Assembly: GCA_977017575.1 (NCBI GenBank)
Contig: CDRNVI010000039.1
Location: 434,001 to 498,000, forward strand
Reading direction: 5' to 3'
DNA length: 64,000 nt
DNA from: Paramoeba atlantica
Lineage: Eukaryota > Protista > Discosea
Part shown: positions 1 through 9,989 of the stretch, piece by piece
How positions within the stretch are numbered: position 1 is the first letter of the stretch
Layout: every line of letters begins with the position of its first letter
Notes under the pieces: model-generated
The model's database searches: none
What the model was told of the DNA's origin: nothing
What the model saw: only the letters and a program-made list of their open reading frames with translations
Program-made: the position numbers and the translations under genes

Positions 1-54
1 TTTCAAAGCAAATTGCTTAAGGAAGTACTGAGCCTTTGTTATGATGTATGCCAA

Positions 55-2331
55 CTACCTAGCAAAAGCTATTTCTAAATCTAGGTGCATCAGCTCGTGT
101 GATCCTCGTTCAATTGCTCTCCAGCATGCGTCATGAATCGCGTGGGAAATATCAGAAGGAGTCTTCAGATTGGTTTTCGCCATTGCGGCGATCAAAAAGT
201 CGCGCAGATCGGTTTGAAGCATTTCGCACGGAATATATCTCAATAATCCTTCTGCAATACTCAACTTCTCTCTAGGGTTCGGAAAAGATATTTCGATGTG
301 AACATCAAATCTTCCGGCACGAAGGGCAGCTGGATCCAAGCCTTCTTTACGATCGGTAGCGGCTATTACAACGAGAGAGCTGCAAGCTGCTTCGTTCATG
401 GAAAGCAAGAACGTAGTAAGCATTCGATCAGTTGTTTCTGAACCCCCCGTGCCTCGCCTGGATGCTATGCGCTCAAAGTGATCTATGAGAAGAACACAGG
501 GACTAAGGGCCGTTGCAGCGCGAAATAAATTTTGCAAATTTTTCTCAGACTCTCCAACGTATTTAGAAATAAGACTCGTAGCATCAACCACAATGGTATT
601 TACTGCAAAAAAATGACTTTGGGCGAAAGACGCTTCATCCTTTCCGTGCTCCAAGTGATGAGTTAGCGTGGCCGCAACTGAGGACAGAAGAGCTGTTTTA
701 CCAACACCCGATGGACCGTAGAGTAAAACACCTTTCGGTACTTCTACCTTTGTGTCGCTGCGGATTGATGTGCGACTCAGGGGAAACAAGATGATCTCCT
801 GAATTCTGCTCCACGCCCCGCTATAATCTACGTATACTTGAGATTTTATAGACATGTGATTGTCTTTATTTAATACACACGCGTGAGCAATTTGTCGCAA
901 ATTGGCAGGTACGTAATTCCTTGCGTAGCGAATTGCGTCCGTTGCAGTATCGTAACTGAGAAGACGTGCCAACTCACTTCGATTCCATGCATTCGTATAC
1001 GAGGTAACAAGAGAACTTTTAGTGTTCTCACAGCTTTTTATCAATGTAGTTTCGTCCACTATCCATGATGCTTCATGAAGAAATCCAAGATGCTGCAAAA
1101 AGCGATAATTGGATGCAAGCGACCCTGATTCCAATTGTATACAGAAAGACAACATGTACGGACTGCACAGTGAACGAGGAACATGGTGATGATCTCGTGC
1201 TATCCATAAAACAGATATCGGAGCACTTCGATGCACCACACTTTGTTCCTCTGCACCCAAAAAACTACTGAGCATAGCCATAAACAACCTCGCAGAAGGT
1301 GGGTACGTAATGTCATCTTTTGATGAGCCAACGTTCAGTGTCGTTAAGTATTCAGTGTCATCAAAAACAAGGAGACTGGGACGCATCCGTTGAGCAGTTG
1401 AAAAAAGCTTAACAATGCGACAGTGAGTTTTCTCAAGTTCATCACTAAGAAGAAGTGGCATTGAACAGTGTAACGTGTATACTGCATTATTGGCGGACAG
1501 AAAAGTATTTTTCGAGAGTTCCAGTTGTCCATTGTTCCACTTTAATTGCTGAACGTCGCTCTCATTCATTGCTGATAGAACCGCGGCTATATGTCTTGCA
1601 CAAAGAGTTTTGCCCACATTAGGAGGACCGAGTAGAACGATTCCACGTACGCAAGATTGCAAGGAATAAATTGATAAAAGCTTCTTAAGTAGCCGCCAAC
1701 CATTTCTGTCCTCTATAAAATCATAAGCTTCGTAAGAATTTTCGGTGTTATCCTCAAATGAGTGTAAGACCATTGAGCTCTTCTTTGACATGACAGAGAG
1801 AAATGGTGACAGCATCATTTCGGTATAATTATTTTCATATTTTGCCTTCTTTTCCTCAGATTTTACCTTCAGAACAACACCTATGCGAGAATTCAGCACA
1901 TTTAGCATAATTCCGTTTTGAATAGAATAATTACGATCCACTTTGGAATCTTTTGTCTGGGAAATATCAGAACCAATTCCAAAAATTTGAGTAGCTCGAA
2001 GAGTCAGCATTTCAAGATTAACTTTTAATTCAAAAGTTTCCCCAGTTCTTAGGACCAAATTTTGCATAAGAAGCTTTCCGAACGGTCCAACTCTTAGTTG
2101 TTCACCAATGGCTGCGCTGGGCTGGCCCAAAAACAATTGCACGGCTCGTAAAGCCTTAGTTGAAAACAACACATCTCTTTTGTTACTTTTTGCTCTATCT
2201 CGAATTAGAAAAGCTCGATATACGAATGGATGAACTAGGAGATGAACGACCGCGTAACTTATGTTAGAAAGTGACTGACTTTCTGTAGCTTTGCTTTCCC
2301 CGAAAGCGGAACAATTGGTTCTTCTACACAT
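55..2331 (-). CDS. Type II (two-domain) AAA+ ATPase, most similar to the PEX1/PEX6 peroxin class
   Basis: Two Walker A motifs (GPPNVGKT, GPSGVGKT), SKYVGESEKN pore region and AALRAGRFD SRH. D2 segment RIASRRG..TTDRMLT resembles PEX1 SIAPRRG..VTDRVVN. AAA call is secure; the subfamily is tentative. Confidence 0.65.
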   Translation of the reverse strand: MCRRTNCSAFGESKATESQSLSNISYAVVHLLVHPFVYRAFLIRDRAKSNKRDVLFSTKALRAVQLFLGQPSAAIGEQLRVGPFGKLLMQNLVLRTGETFELKVNLEMLTLRATQIFGIGSDISQTKDSKVDRNYSIQNGIMLNVLNSRIGVVLKVKSEEKKAKYENNYTEMMLSPFLSVMSKKSSMVLHSFEDNTENSYEAYDFIEDRNGWRLLKKLLSIYSLQSCVRGIVLLGPPNVGKTLCARHIAAVLSAMNESDVQQLKWNNGQLELSKNTFLSANNAVYTLHCSMPLLLSDELEKTHCRIVKLFSTAQRMRPSLLVFDDTEYLTTLNVGSSKDDITYPPSARLFMAMLSSFLGAEEQSVVHRSAPISVLWIARDHHHVPRSLCSPYMLSFCIQLESGSLASNYRFLQHLGFLHEASWIVDETTLIKSCENTKSSLVTSYTNAWNRSELARLLSYDTATDAIRYARNYVPANLRQIAHACVLNKDNHMSIKSQVYVDYSGAWSRIQEIILFPLSRTSIRSDTKVEVPKGVLLYGPSGVGKTALLSSVAATLTHHLEHGKDEASFAQSHFFAVNTIVVDATSLISKYVGESEKNLQNLFRAATALSPCVLLIDHFERIASRRGTGGSETTDRMLTTFLLSMNEAACSSLVVIAATDRKEGLDPAALRAGRFDVHIEISFPNPREKLSIAEGLLRYIPCEMLQTDLRDFLIAAMAKTNLKTPSDISHAIHDACWRAIERGSHELMHLDLEIAFAR

Positions 2332-2613
2332 TCATTTCTTCTACACGTGCATTCGACGACTATACATATTGCAAAACATTACTATGCTTCTTGTAAAAAA
2401 ACAGCAAACAACGGATTTTCAAGAACGCTCAATCAAGTAATAAATCACAGAACAATTAAATTAATAACAACTAAATTTATATGCAATGACTCATGTACGT
2501 GATTAGGTCAGTTACACGAAGCAAGTCGAATTCGAGGTAAAGAAGATAAGGAAACTCCGCAGAAAGTTTATTTCAATAATAATTAGACCACCCAAGATTT
2601 TTTAGATGATTGA

Positions 2614-5600
2614 TCACCTTGTCGGTTGAAAATTTGATTCATCAGCAAACCATTCATCCAGAACATCGGAAGTTTTTGTCTGTTTTTCTGCCTCCATGAC
2701 GATATCATCCTGTGCTGCCGGAGAATCAAGGGCCGAGTTCTCAGAAGTATGAGCTGTAGCACTGGGATACACATCAAGTTCCCCAAAAGACAAATTCTTA
2801 GCCGAGGATTTAGGCGTTAGTATACAGTCCTCTCCGTTTAATGTCTCTTTAAAACTTCTAAGCTTCAGTTCATCCAATTCAGCTGTAAACGAGGGGATAC
2901 AATCATCGACACGTACCTCTGTTTTTTCTTCTAGACCTTGCTCACTGGCGACTGAGGGTGGGGACGCTGGCGTAGGTGCAGGCGCGCTGGGATAGACAGG
3001 GGAATCCACATACTGATTAGGTGTTAGTAAAACTATATCCTCAACTCCGTTTTTACGTGTTGGTGTGTGTTCAAACTCAAAATTATCTTCCCCTGACAAA
3101 CCCGATTTTGAAGCATCTGATTTCATGCCGTTTATTTCTCCATTTTCCGAATATATCGCTTCGTCGTTGGAAGGCTCCGGTGAACACGAATCTCGATTTA
3201 CCGTGTCTGTTGAAATTACCTCTTCTGATAAGTTCTGCCGTATAAGTTCTGCCGTATAAGGTGCGAGCGGGGCTACATCAGAAAAATCCCCAGGATTCTC
3301 CACAGGATCTGCTATTCGCTCCGCCAAGCTTGGATTTGTCGTGAGGAGCCCTGCTTTCCATTTCTGAACGATTTTTGACAGCATCTCCGGATCAAGGCGA
3401 CATCGGCGAGCAAATATTGCGGCTTGTGGAAACATGGAATCAAGTAACAAAATATCTATACATGACGCTACATCGGAAAGCGTGAAAGCGCACATAAAAG
3501 CAACGTTGAATTGCCTGTTCGCCTTGGTAGCTTCCAGCAGGTCGCGAATTCCATTCCAGTTTCCGGTGGAATGATAAAGTAATAAGAGTCCAGCATAGTC
3601 CTTGGCCTGAAGCAACGCGGACTCAGACAATTCGAAATTGCCCAAAGTCATTGCCAAATCCGCCAACTTCTTCCAATCCGAGATATTGTTTGTTTCAGAA
3701 GCTGCTTTAAACGCAAGAGTAAGATCCAGTTGTGAGATTGCCAGTCTAAATTTCAAGGTGCTTTCATCTGCTAATGCAAGAGCGAGATTTCGTTCATCCC
3801 GACTTTCCAAAAACTTTGCGACGGGTATTCTCCAAGTTTTAGGTATTTTATTAATGAGATTCCTAGCCGAATCAATTTGTTTAGCTGCAATAAGGCTCAT
3901 AAAGAGAGCTACTGCATCTGAAAATTGGAAACTCGACACGCTTCCTTCGGGATTCAAAACATAGATTCGCTCCTCTCGGGTAATGTAACCGATCAATCCT
4001 GCAAACTGCGCGACATGTGCAATCTCCCCAGTAAAACCTCCAACGCGATAATATAATATGCCATCAGAGCTAAGGATTAAGAGAACATTCCGCACCCATC
4101 TCACACTAAGAGCATATTTCAAAATTTCATCTTGTAAAACGAAGACAATTTTATCTTTTGAGGCCTTATCACTGTCTGTATGTGCACTGGACTCATACGA
4201 CATAATGTATATAGATTTCTTCGTAGCTAAAGCAACCATTGAACCAGTGGTATTCCATTCGACGTTTTGCACTTCTTCAGCAACGGCAATGCTCCCTACT
4301 GGTTGCAAACTCTCCCATGAGTAGAAGGTCATGATGTCTACCGCACTGACTGAAAAAACTGAGCTGTTTCCCCCGTGCACCGCTTTGACCGAAGAAGAAA
4401 ATCGAAGAAGATCGGATTCAGCAAAACTGCGGAAGAATTTCAAGTGCGATGATGTCTCCAAAACAATGAATGTACCGGGTTCTGGACCCCATGCGAAAGA
4501 AATTCCTGCACCGAATGTTTTCGGCCTCCAAGTGAGGGTTGTGTATATGGCATACGCTTTCTCACTTTGCACGCAAGCAAATTGATTATTCGAGTTGTAC
4601 GTAATCAGAAGCGGTGTATTTTCAATAGTAGAAAGTTCTTTTGCTGTCACAGGGACCGGTGTCCCATCTTGCCCTTGACAATTTGTAGCCTTTAAGTCAA
4701 TTCGGTAAATAGATTCCTTTTCAGCGTACAATACCTTGCCGTTCGCATCCATGGCAAGCGGTTTCTGATTTTGAGTCACTGGGGCAAGAGCGACCATACC
4801 GCGGTCCATCCCGACACACAACAGTCCAGTTTTGGCATGCATTTCTACAGCCCACACGCGACCCATACGAAGTTGTAGGGTGTTCTGTAGACGATAGTTG
4901 GCAAGACTGGTCAGTCGAACGCTTTCATCTTCACTTCCGGACACGACAATGGGAAGATCAGCATGAAACCCTACGCAGGAAACGTTGTTGGTGTGCCCTT
5001 TTAGTACGTGTATTTTACTACGCGTGGGGAAATCCCAGAGGAACACAGTTCCATCATCGGTACCACTCACTAGATAGGGCTTGTCGGAACCAGGATAAAA
5101 GGCTACACAGTTAACCCCTTTGTCATGTTCCAAACTGAAATTAGCGCGAGAAGTCGTTGTGTTCCATAATTTCACCTTATTGTCGAGCGACGCGGTTGCA
5201 AAATTTGGACCTTCCCTAGGATTCCACACGACTGCCATCACATAGTGACTGTGTCCTTCATAAGTTCGTACATGCGCCCATCCCTGCGAGAAGTCCCACA
5301 GCTTGACGGTGTGATCATCGCTTGCAGTGAGTACCAGGGGAAGTGTAGCATGAACAGCAATGGAACGGATATAGTCTTGATGTGCGTCAAACTGAGCAAT
5401 GCGTTCCATTGTGTAGTAATTATATACCCGACAACATCCATCATCGCTCCCACAAACAAACCAATTCTGAGCGGCAATGAAACGCACTGCGCGGATCGGA
5501 ATGTCCAAGATTTCGAAAGTTTTCATAAGAGAGCTTGTCGTATAGTTCCATAGACAGACCTGTCCAGTATAAAGCGAGCAGATAACCCAGGGCTCTGTCG

Positions 5601-5670
5601 GATGGACATCAATGCCTTTCACCCGCTCTGTCTTTGCGGCAATGACTTTTTTAAGTTCCGGGCAGGACAT
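2614..5670 (-). CDS. COPB2: Coatomer subunit beta-prime (WD40 propellers plus solenoid, acidic tail)
   Basis: ERVKGIDVHPTEPW, FDAHQDYIR, YEGHSHYVMAV and KGVNCVAF motifs typical of Sec27/beta'-COP. Confidence 0.97.
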   Translation of the reverse strand: MSCPELKKVIAAKTERVKGIDVHPTEPWVICSLYTGQVCLWNYTTSSLMKTFEILDIPIRAVRFIAAQNWFVCGSDDGCCRVYNYYTMERIAQFDAHQDYIRSIAVHATLPLVLTASDDHTVKLWDFSQGWAHVRTYEGHSHYVMAVVWNPREGPNFATASLDNKVKLWNTTTSRANFSLEHDKGVNCVAFYPGSDKPYLVSGTDDGTVFLWDFPTRSKIHVLKGHTNNVSCVGFHADLPIVVSGSEDESVRLTSLANYRLQNTLQLRMGRVWAVEMHAKTGLLCVGMDRGMVALAPVTQNQKPLAMDANGKVLYAEKESIYRIDLKATNCQGQDGTPVPVTAKELSTIENTPLLITYNSNNQFACVQSEKAYAIYTTLTWRPKTFGAGISFAWGPEPGTFIVLETSSHLKFFRSFAESDLLRFSSSVKAVHGGNSSVFSVSAVDIMTFYSWESLQPVGSIAVAEEVQNVEWNTTGSMVALATKKSIYIMSYESSAHTDSDKASKDKIVFVLQDEILKYALSVRWVRNVLLILSSDGILYYRVGGFTGEIAHVAQFAGLIGYITREERIYVLNPEGSVSSFQFSDAVALFMSLIAAKQIDSARNLINKIPKTWRIPVAKFLESRDERNLALALADESTLKFRLAISQLDLTLAFKAASETNNISDWKKLADLAMTLGNFELSESALLQAKDYAGLLLLYHSTGNWNGIRDLLEATKANRQFNVAFMCAFTLSDVASCIDILLLDSMFPQAAIFARRCRLDPEMLSKIVQKWKAGLLTTNPSLAERIADPVENPGDFSDVAPLAPYTAELIRQNLSEEVISTDTVNRDSCSPEPSNDEAIYSENGEINGMKSDASKSGLSGEDNFEFEHTPTRKNGVEDIVLLTPNQYVDSPVYPSAPAPTPASPPSVASEQGLEEKTEVRVDDCIPSFTAELDELKLRSFKETLNGEDCILTPKSSAKNLSFGELDVYPSATAHTSENSALDSPAAQDDIVMEAEKQTKTSDVLDEWFADESNFQPTR

Positions 5671-5930
5671 GTAGAAACTAAAATTTGAAGATTTTTAGAG
5701 AAGTTACAAAATCAGCTCCTATCCCAGATACTTCACTTCTTCCTTAAAAAACTTTATTTCTCACATAAACAGCCACCCAAGCACCAGGTGAGATGAAGAG
5801 AAAAATCGAGCAAGTTTCATTCTACATGCATCACAATACTACATGCACTACTACAACACAGTATTGTATGCTGTGTTGCGTACAAGCTATCATGCTACAA
5901 ACTATACGAACATCTCAGTGGTATGTCATC

Positions 5931-6533
5931 CTATAACTCCGATCCATGATCGGATGCGCCCACTGCCCGATGAGGCTGTTCGACAACTTTTTTGGTAAAA
6001 AGTTGTAGGCTGCGCTCGAAGTACTTCATAGCCTCCTGTAACACGAGCAAATTCATTGCGGGCTGGTCCTGAACAAAGCGCAGTTCATGGTACAGGTGAT
6101 ACCTCCCTGCCTCGTCTACAGAGCACGTGGCCAATCGGAAACGAAAGTTCCAATGATTACAAAACTCGTTCTTCGACGACAGAGTGGAGGGTACACTATG
6201 TACTACAAGATACGAAAAGGAAAGCGATGATTTAGAGAGCATCAAGGAGAGTGTGGGATGCTGAATTCGTACCGCCAAATCGAAACTCTGCAACACAGTT
6301 ACACTGTAGGGTGCCAGTGCGTAAAACAGTTGAGGATGACCCGGGGTGGCATCAGGCGCCGGAACAATGTGATACCGTTTCTCACGGAAGAGCTCCAACA
6401 GGTCTTCAGGGGGAGCAAAAAAAGTCTCGGGACGGAGAGGCTCAACCGCGTTCTCCGAGAGGGCGTTAAAAGGGATCATAGAACCCAACGGTCCCACACC
6501 CAGCACAAGCAAGAGCAACGGGTGAGAAATCAT
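5931..6533 (-). CDS. Hypothetical protein with a YbjN/T3SS-chaperone-like C-terminal domain
   Basis: FCNHWNFRFRLATCSVDEAGRYHLYHEL resembles the YbjN pattern (N-x-WN...a-y-l-D-x-x-G...l). ATG start, same strand as neighbours. Confidence 0.45.
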   Translation of the reverse strand: MISHPLLLLVLGVGPLGSMIPFNALSENAVEPLRPETFFAPPEDLLELFREKRYHIVPAPDATPGHPQLFYALAPYSVTVLQSFDLAVRIQHPTLSLMLSKSSLSFSYLVVHSVPSTLSSKNEFCNHWNFRFRLATCSVDEAGRYHLYHELRFVQDQPAMNLLVLQEAMKYFERSLQLFTKKVVEQPHRAVGASDHGSEL

Positions 6534-6945
6534 GTTTTTGTTACTTACAGTAAAATTACAGTAAAAAAACTACAACGTCTCAATAAAAATCCGAATGTAG
6601 GACAAAAAATAAACATTCATGTCTATCGAATCGCTGCTATAGCTTGTTACCATGGCAGTGTTGTCGTACCGTACTGTAGTAAAAAGGTTTTACTAAAAAC
6701 GGATAAAAAGGTAAACTTACGAAGTTCAAGAGGTTTCTTAGCGCAACTGATAGAGGGATAATTTTGCTTTTGTTTCGTGATGCAACGAACTCGGTTTTTA
6801 TAAATAATTCTACCCACACGCACATTATTTTACTATGTTGGTGTACACTCCTTTGTTTGCCCATCCAAAACTTCACATTTTTTCTCCTTATTGGATACCC
6901 CTCCATCCCATCCCATCCCACCCCCAAAGAACCCCCCCGCTCCCC

Positions 6946-8124
6946 TCACCGCTTCCTCCGCACCATCGTGTACTTCCTCTCCTGCGACCTCTCCCGCGAC
7001 ACGCTCCTCCTCCGCAGCCCCGGCCCAAACTCCGGCTTCCACTCCAACGCCCTCTCCATCGCCTCCTCCAGCATCTCCGCCTCCTGCGGGTCCTCCCCTC
7101 GCAGGTGCTCCACCCGTCGTCGAATCCCGGAAAGGTCCAGCGTCACGTCCCGCTCCGTGTACCCGTGGCGGTGGAGCGTGATCCCGACGTTCCGCCGGGC
7201 CACGTCCAGCGCCCGCCGCAGCACCGGGACCCCCGCGGGGTTCCCCCCGGCGTGGGTCCGGCTCAGCACGTCCTCCAGCACCGCGGGGTCGTACAGGTGG
7301 TCCTGGAGCCCGGCGGGGGCGAGCAGCCCGGCGCTCCACCGCACCACGGAGAGCGGGAGCACGTCGTAGATGAGCTTGGAGGCCGCGGCGAGGTGGGCGG
7401 CCCGGTGGGTCTCGCCCCGGGCGCGGAGGGCCTCGACGGTTTGGTCGAAGCCGCGGGGGTCGCGGAAGAGGTCCGCGGGGGCGAGGCGGTGGTCGTGGAA
7501 GAGCGCGACGGCGTCGCGGATGGAGCCGGGAGGGGGGGAAGAGGGGGAGGAAGGGGAGGGGGGAGGGGCCCCGGGGTGGGAGGGGAGGGGAAGAGAGGGG
7601 GGTGGTGAGGAGGAGGAGGAGGTTGGATCATGGGGGGAAGAGGGGGGTTGAAGTTTGAGGGTGGCGTCTTCCATGGTGTCGGTGAGTTCCCAGGTGAGGA
7701 GTTTTCCGTTGGGGGAGCGGGTTCGGGAGCCAAAGGATTGGGGTTGGACGAGGATGGCTTGGATTTTTGGATTGCGTTGGGTGATGATGTGTTCGAGCCA
7801 TTCAAGGTCTTTGACGTTGTGGAGGCCAGCGTTGCCGCGTCGTATGTCGAGGTAGAGAAGAGAGCGGCAGTTGACGAGGAGCTTTTCCAACGCCTTGCGG
7901 TGCTCGGCTTGTAGACCGAGAAAATTAAGGTCCAAATGAGTGGTGGCGCATGCGGCGGTTTTCATGATGTCGCTCATGCGATTAAGAAAAGTTACGACGG
8001 ACATCGTGGGGTGAATATTGGCGTACACGAGAAAACACTGTGCGGCACGAATATTAGGTGGTGCCTTTCCTGCGATCACGTCCGGAGGAACGCTGTAGTT
8101 CGCCAAAAGTTCGGCAAAGGACAT
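6946..8124 (-). CDS. Hypothetical protein: possible RNI-like LRR N-terminus, Pro/Ser linker, helical C-terminus
   Basis: 392-codon ATG ORF on the gene-bearing strand. THLDLNFLGL and SLLYLDIRRGN are LRR-like. Confidence 0.6.
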   Translation of the reverse strand: MSFAELLANYSVPPDVIAGKAPPNIRAAQCFLVYANIHPTMSVVTFLNRMSDIMKTAACATTHLDLNFLGLQAEHRKALEKLLVNCRSLLYLDIRRGNAGLHNVKDLEWLEHIITQRNPKIQAILVQPQSFGSRTRSPNGKLLTWELTDTMEDATLKLQPPSSPHDPTSSSSSPPPSLPLPSHPGAPPPSPSSPSSPPPGSIRDAVALFHDHRLAPADLFRDPRGFDQTVEALRARGETHRAAHLAAASKLIYDVLPLSVVRWSAGLLAPAGLQDHLYDPAVLEDVLSRTHAGGNPAGVPVLRRALDVARRNVGITLHRHGYTERDVTLDLSGIRRRVEHLRGEDPQEAEMLEEAMERALEWKPEFGPGLRRRSVSRERSQERKYTMVRRKR

Positions 8125-8237
8125 TTGTGAGTTTTTAGAAGAAAATTGTGAGACTGTGTGTGGTCAAGGTGAATAGACGCCGTTTGTACACTATAAAATT
8201 AACACTATAAAAAACAGCAGTTGAAAACAAATTGAAA

Positions 8238-9752
8238 CTATCCCTTTATGACAATCAAAGGCCGCAGTTTCGCAACCTTTCTGGATATTTCCGCCTGCTC
8301 GCATATGTCTACTACATGGTTCACATCCCGATAAGCTGCCGGGGCTTCCTCCGAGATCATTTCAGGATTTGCGCAGCGCAGGGCAATACCCTGGTCCCGC
8401 AGACCTCGTAAAACCTCCCCCGACGGTTGTCTCCGGGACTGGGACCGACTTTGTGCTCTGCCTGCGCCGTGACAAGTGGTGGCCAAGGAGCGCTCCATGG
8501 CTTGTGTAGTGCCGTGCAAAATCCACGAACAGGTGCCCATGGAACCCCCAACGAGTACAGGCTGACCCACCCTTTGGTACTCCACTGGCACCAATGGGTG
8601 AAAGGGGCCCAAGGAGCGTGTAGCACCTTTACGATGCACCAGCACGGTGCGCGGCCGTCCCTGTACAGGGTGCTCCTCCGTCTTGGCGACGTTATGGGCT
8701 ACATCGTATAAGACGTCCAGTTCCATCTCATCGGGGGTTTGCTGGAAGCACTGGGAAAAAGCGTGGCGGACGCAGTGGGTCACGCAGCTGCGATTCACAA
8801 AAGCAAAGTTCGCGGCCGCACACATGCCGTGGTAATACTGCCTACCCTCGGGAGAATTTATGGGGGCACATCCCAACTGGGGATCGGGGACGGTAATTCC
8901 CTCACGTGCCATCGCACATGGCATCTCAGCCAGGGCATCTGTGGCCACTTGATGGCCCAGACCCCGGGACCCAGTGTGAAGCATCACTACCACCTGTCCA
9001 TGGAATAAACCGTAACAGGAGGCCGCGGAGCGGTTGTGAATTTCCTCCACCGCCTGGACCTCCAGATAATGATTTCCAGAGCCCAGGGTTCCGAGTTGCG
9101 GCACCCCTCGGCGTCGAGCGCGGTGGGATACCGCCGCGCCCACGCCACACCTCATTCGTCCAAACTCCTCACAGCGGTCCGCGTCCTCTCCCCAGGCGTA
9201 CCCCTCCCGAATCGCCCAATCCACCCCACACTCCAGAATCTCATCCACATTTTTTTCCTTAATTTTTACAAAGTCTCGGGTAGCGGTCCCCACCGATATC
9301 CGGTTATACAGCTCCTGAGCGAGTCGCTCCCGGGTCTCCGGGGTGAAAGCCTCGACCGTTAGGTTCGTCCGCAGCACCCGGACCCCGCAGTTGATGTCAA
9401 ACCCAATCCCTCCGGGGCAGATCACCCCGTTGGCCTCGAAATCGGTGGCTACGGCATTGCCAATGGCAAAGCCATACCCGGTGTGCATGTCAGGTAACCC
9501 GACAGCGTGGAGCACCGCCCCGGGGAGGGAGGCGGCATGGGCGAGTTGAAGCAGACAAGGTGAGGGGCCGCCGTGTGGGGAGAGGGGACGGGGCGGGTGA
9601 AGCTCTCGGAGCATGTCCTGCATGTAGTCCGGGTGAGAGATGACGACACCCGGGACCTGCATTCGTGTGTTTCCCAGAGCACCTGTGTGGGAGATGTCCC
9701 AGAGAGGAAGAGAACCGCGGCGAGTGATGGAAGAGGAAAGGTCGTAGGTCAT
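8238..9752 (-). CDS. RTCB: RNA-splicing ligase RtcB (HSPC117/archaeal-eukaryotic type)
   Basis: PDMHTGYGFAIG, GFDINCGVR, LGTLGSGNHYLEVQ, HTGSRGLGHQV, YDVAHN, HRKGATR, HGAGR. Start moved from TTG 9764 to the first ATG at 9752. Confidence 0.97.
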   Translation of the reverse strand: MTYDLSSSITRRGSLPLWDISHTGALGNTRMQVPGVVISHPDYMQDMLRELHPPRPLSPHGGPSPCLLQLAHAASLPGAVLHAVGLPDMHTGYGFAIGNAVATDFEANGVICPGGIGFDINCGVRVLRTNLTVEAFTPETRERLAQELYNRISVGTATRDFVKIKEKNVDEILECGVDWAIREGYAWGEDADRCEEFGRMRCGVGAAVSHRARRRGVPQLGTLGSGNHYLEVQAVEEIHNRSAASCYGLFHGQVVVMLHTGSRGLGHQVATDALAEMPCAMAREGITVPDPQLGCAPINSPEGRQYYHGMCAAANFAFVNRSCVTHCVRHAFSQCFQQTPDEMELDVLYDVAHNVAKTEEHPVQGRPRTVLVHRKGATRSLGPFHPLVPVEYQRVGQPVLVGGSMGTCSWILHGTTQAMERSLATTCHGAGRAQSRSQSRRQPSGEVLRGLRDQGIALRCANPEMISEEAPAAYRDVNHVVDICEQAEISRKVAKLRPLIVIKG

Positions 9753-9989
9753 GAGGGGTGTCAAGGGGGCGGCATTGTGGAGATGTAGGGGAGGAGATCG
9801 TGTGAATGAAGGAAGACAAATTGTGGGTCGAAAAGTAAAGAGAAGTACTGCAAGAAAACAAATCGATAATATTCAAGTTGTTAAGTTGCGTCTCTTGTCA
9901 ACGAATCAAACAGTAGTGCACATTTTGCAGCCGCACGAAAAGCACGGAGTGAATTGTTAAAGTACACTATCTTGTGAAGGTGGGTATTT

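Noticed and set aside
6764-7914. Several long plus-strand and alternative-frame ORFs (e.g. 6835-7608, 6764-7369)
   Set aside because: Low-complexity shadows of a GC island where stop codons are rare; no motifs; antisense to a better ORF.
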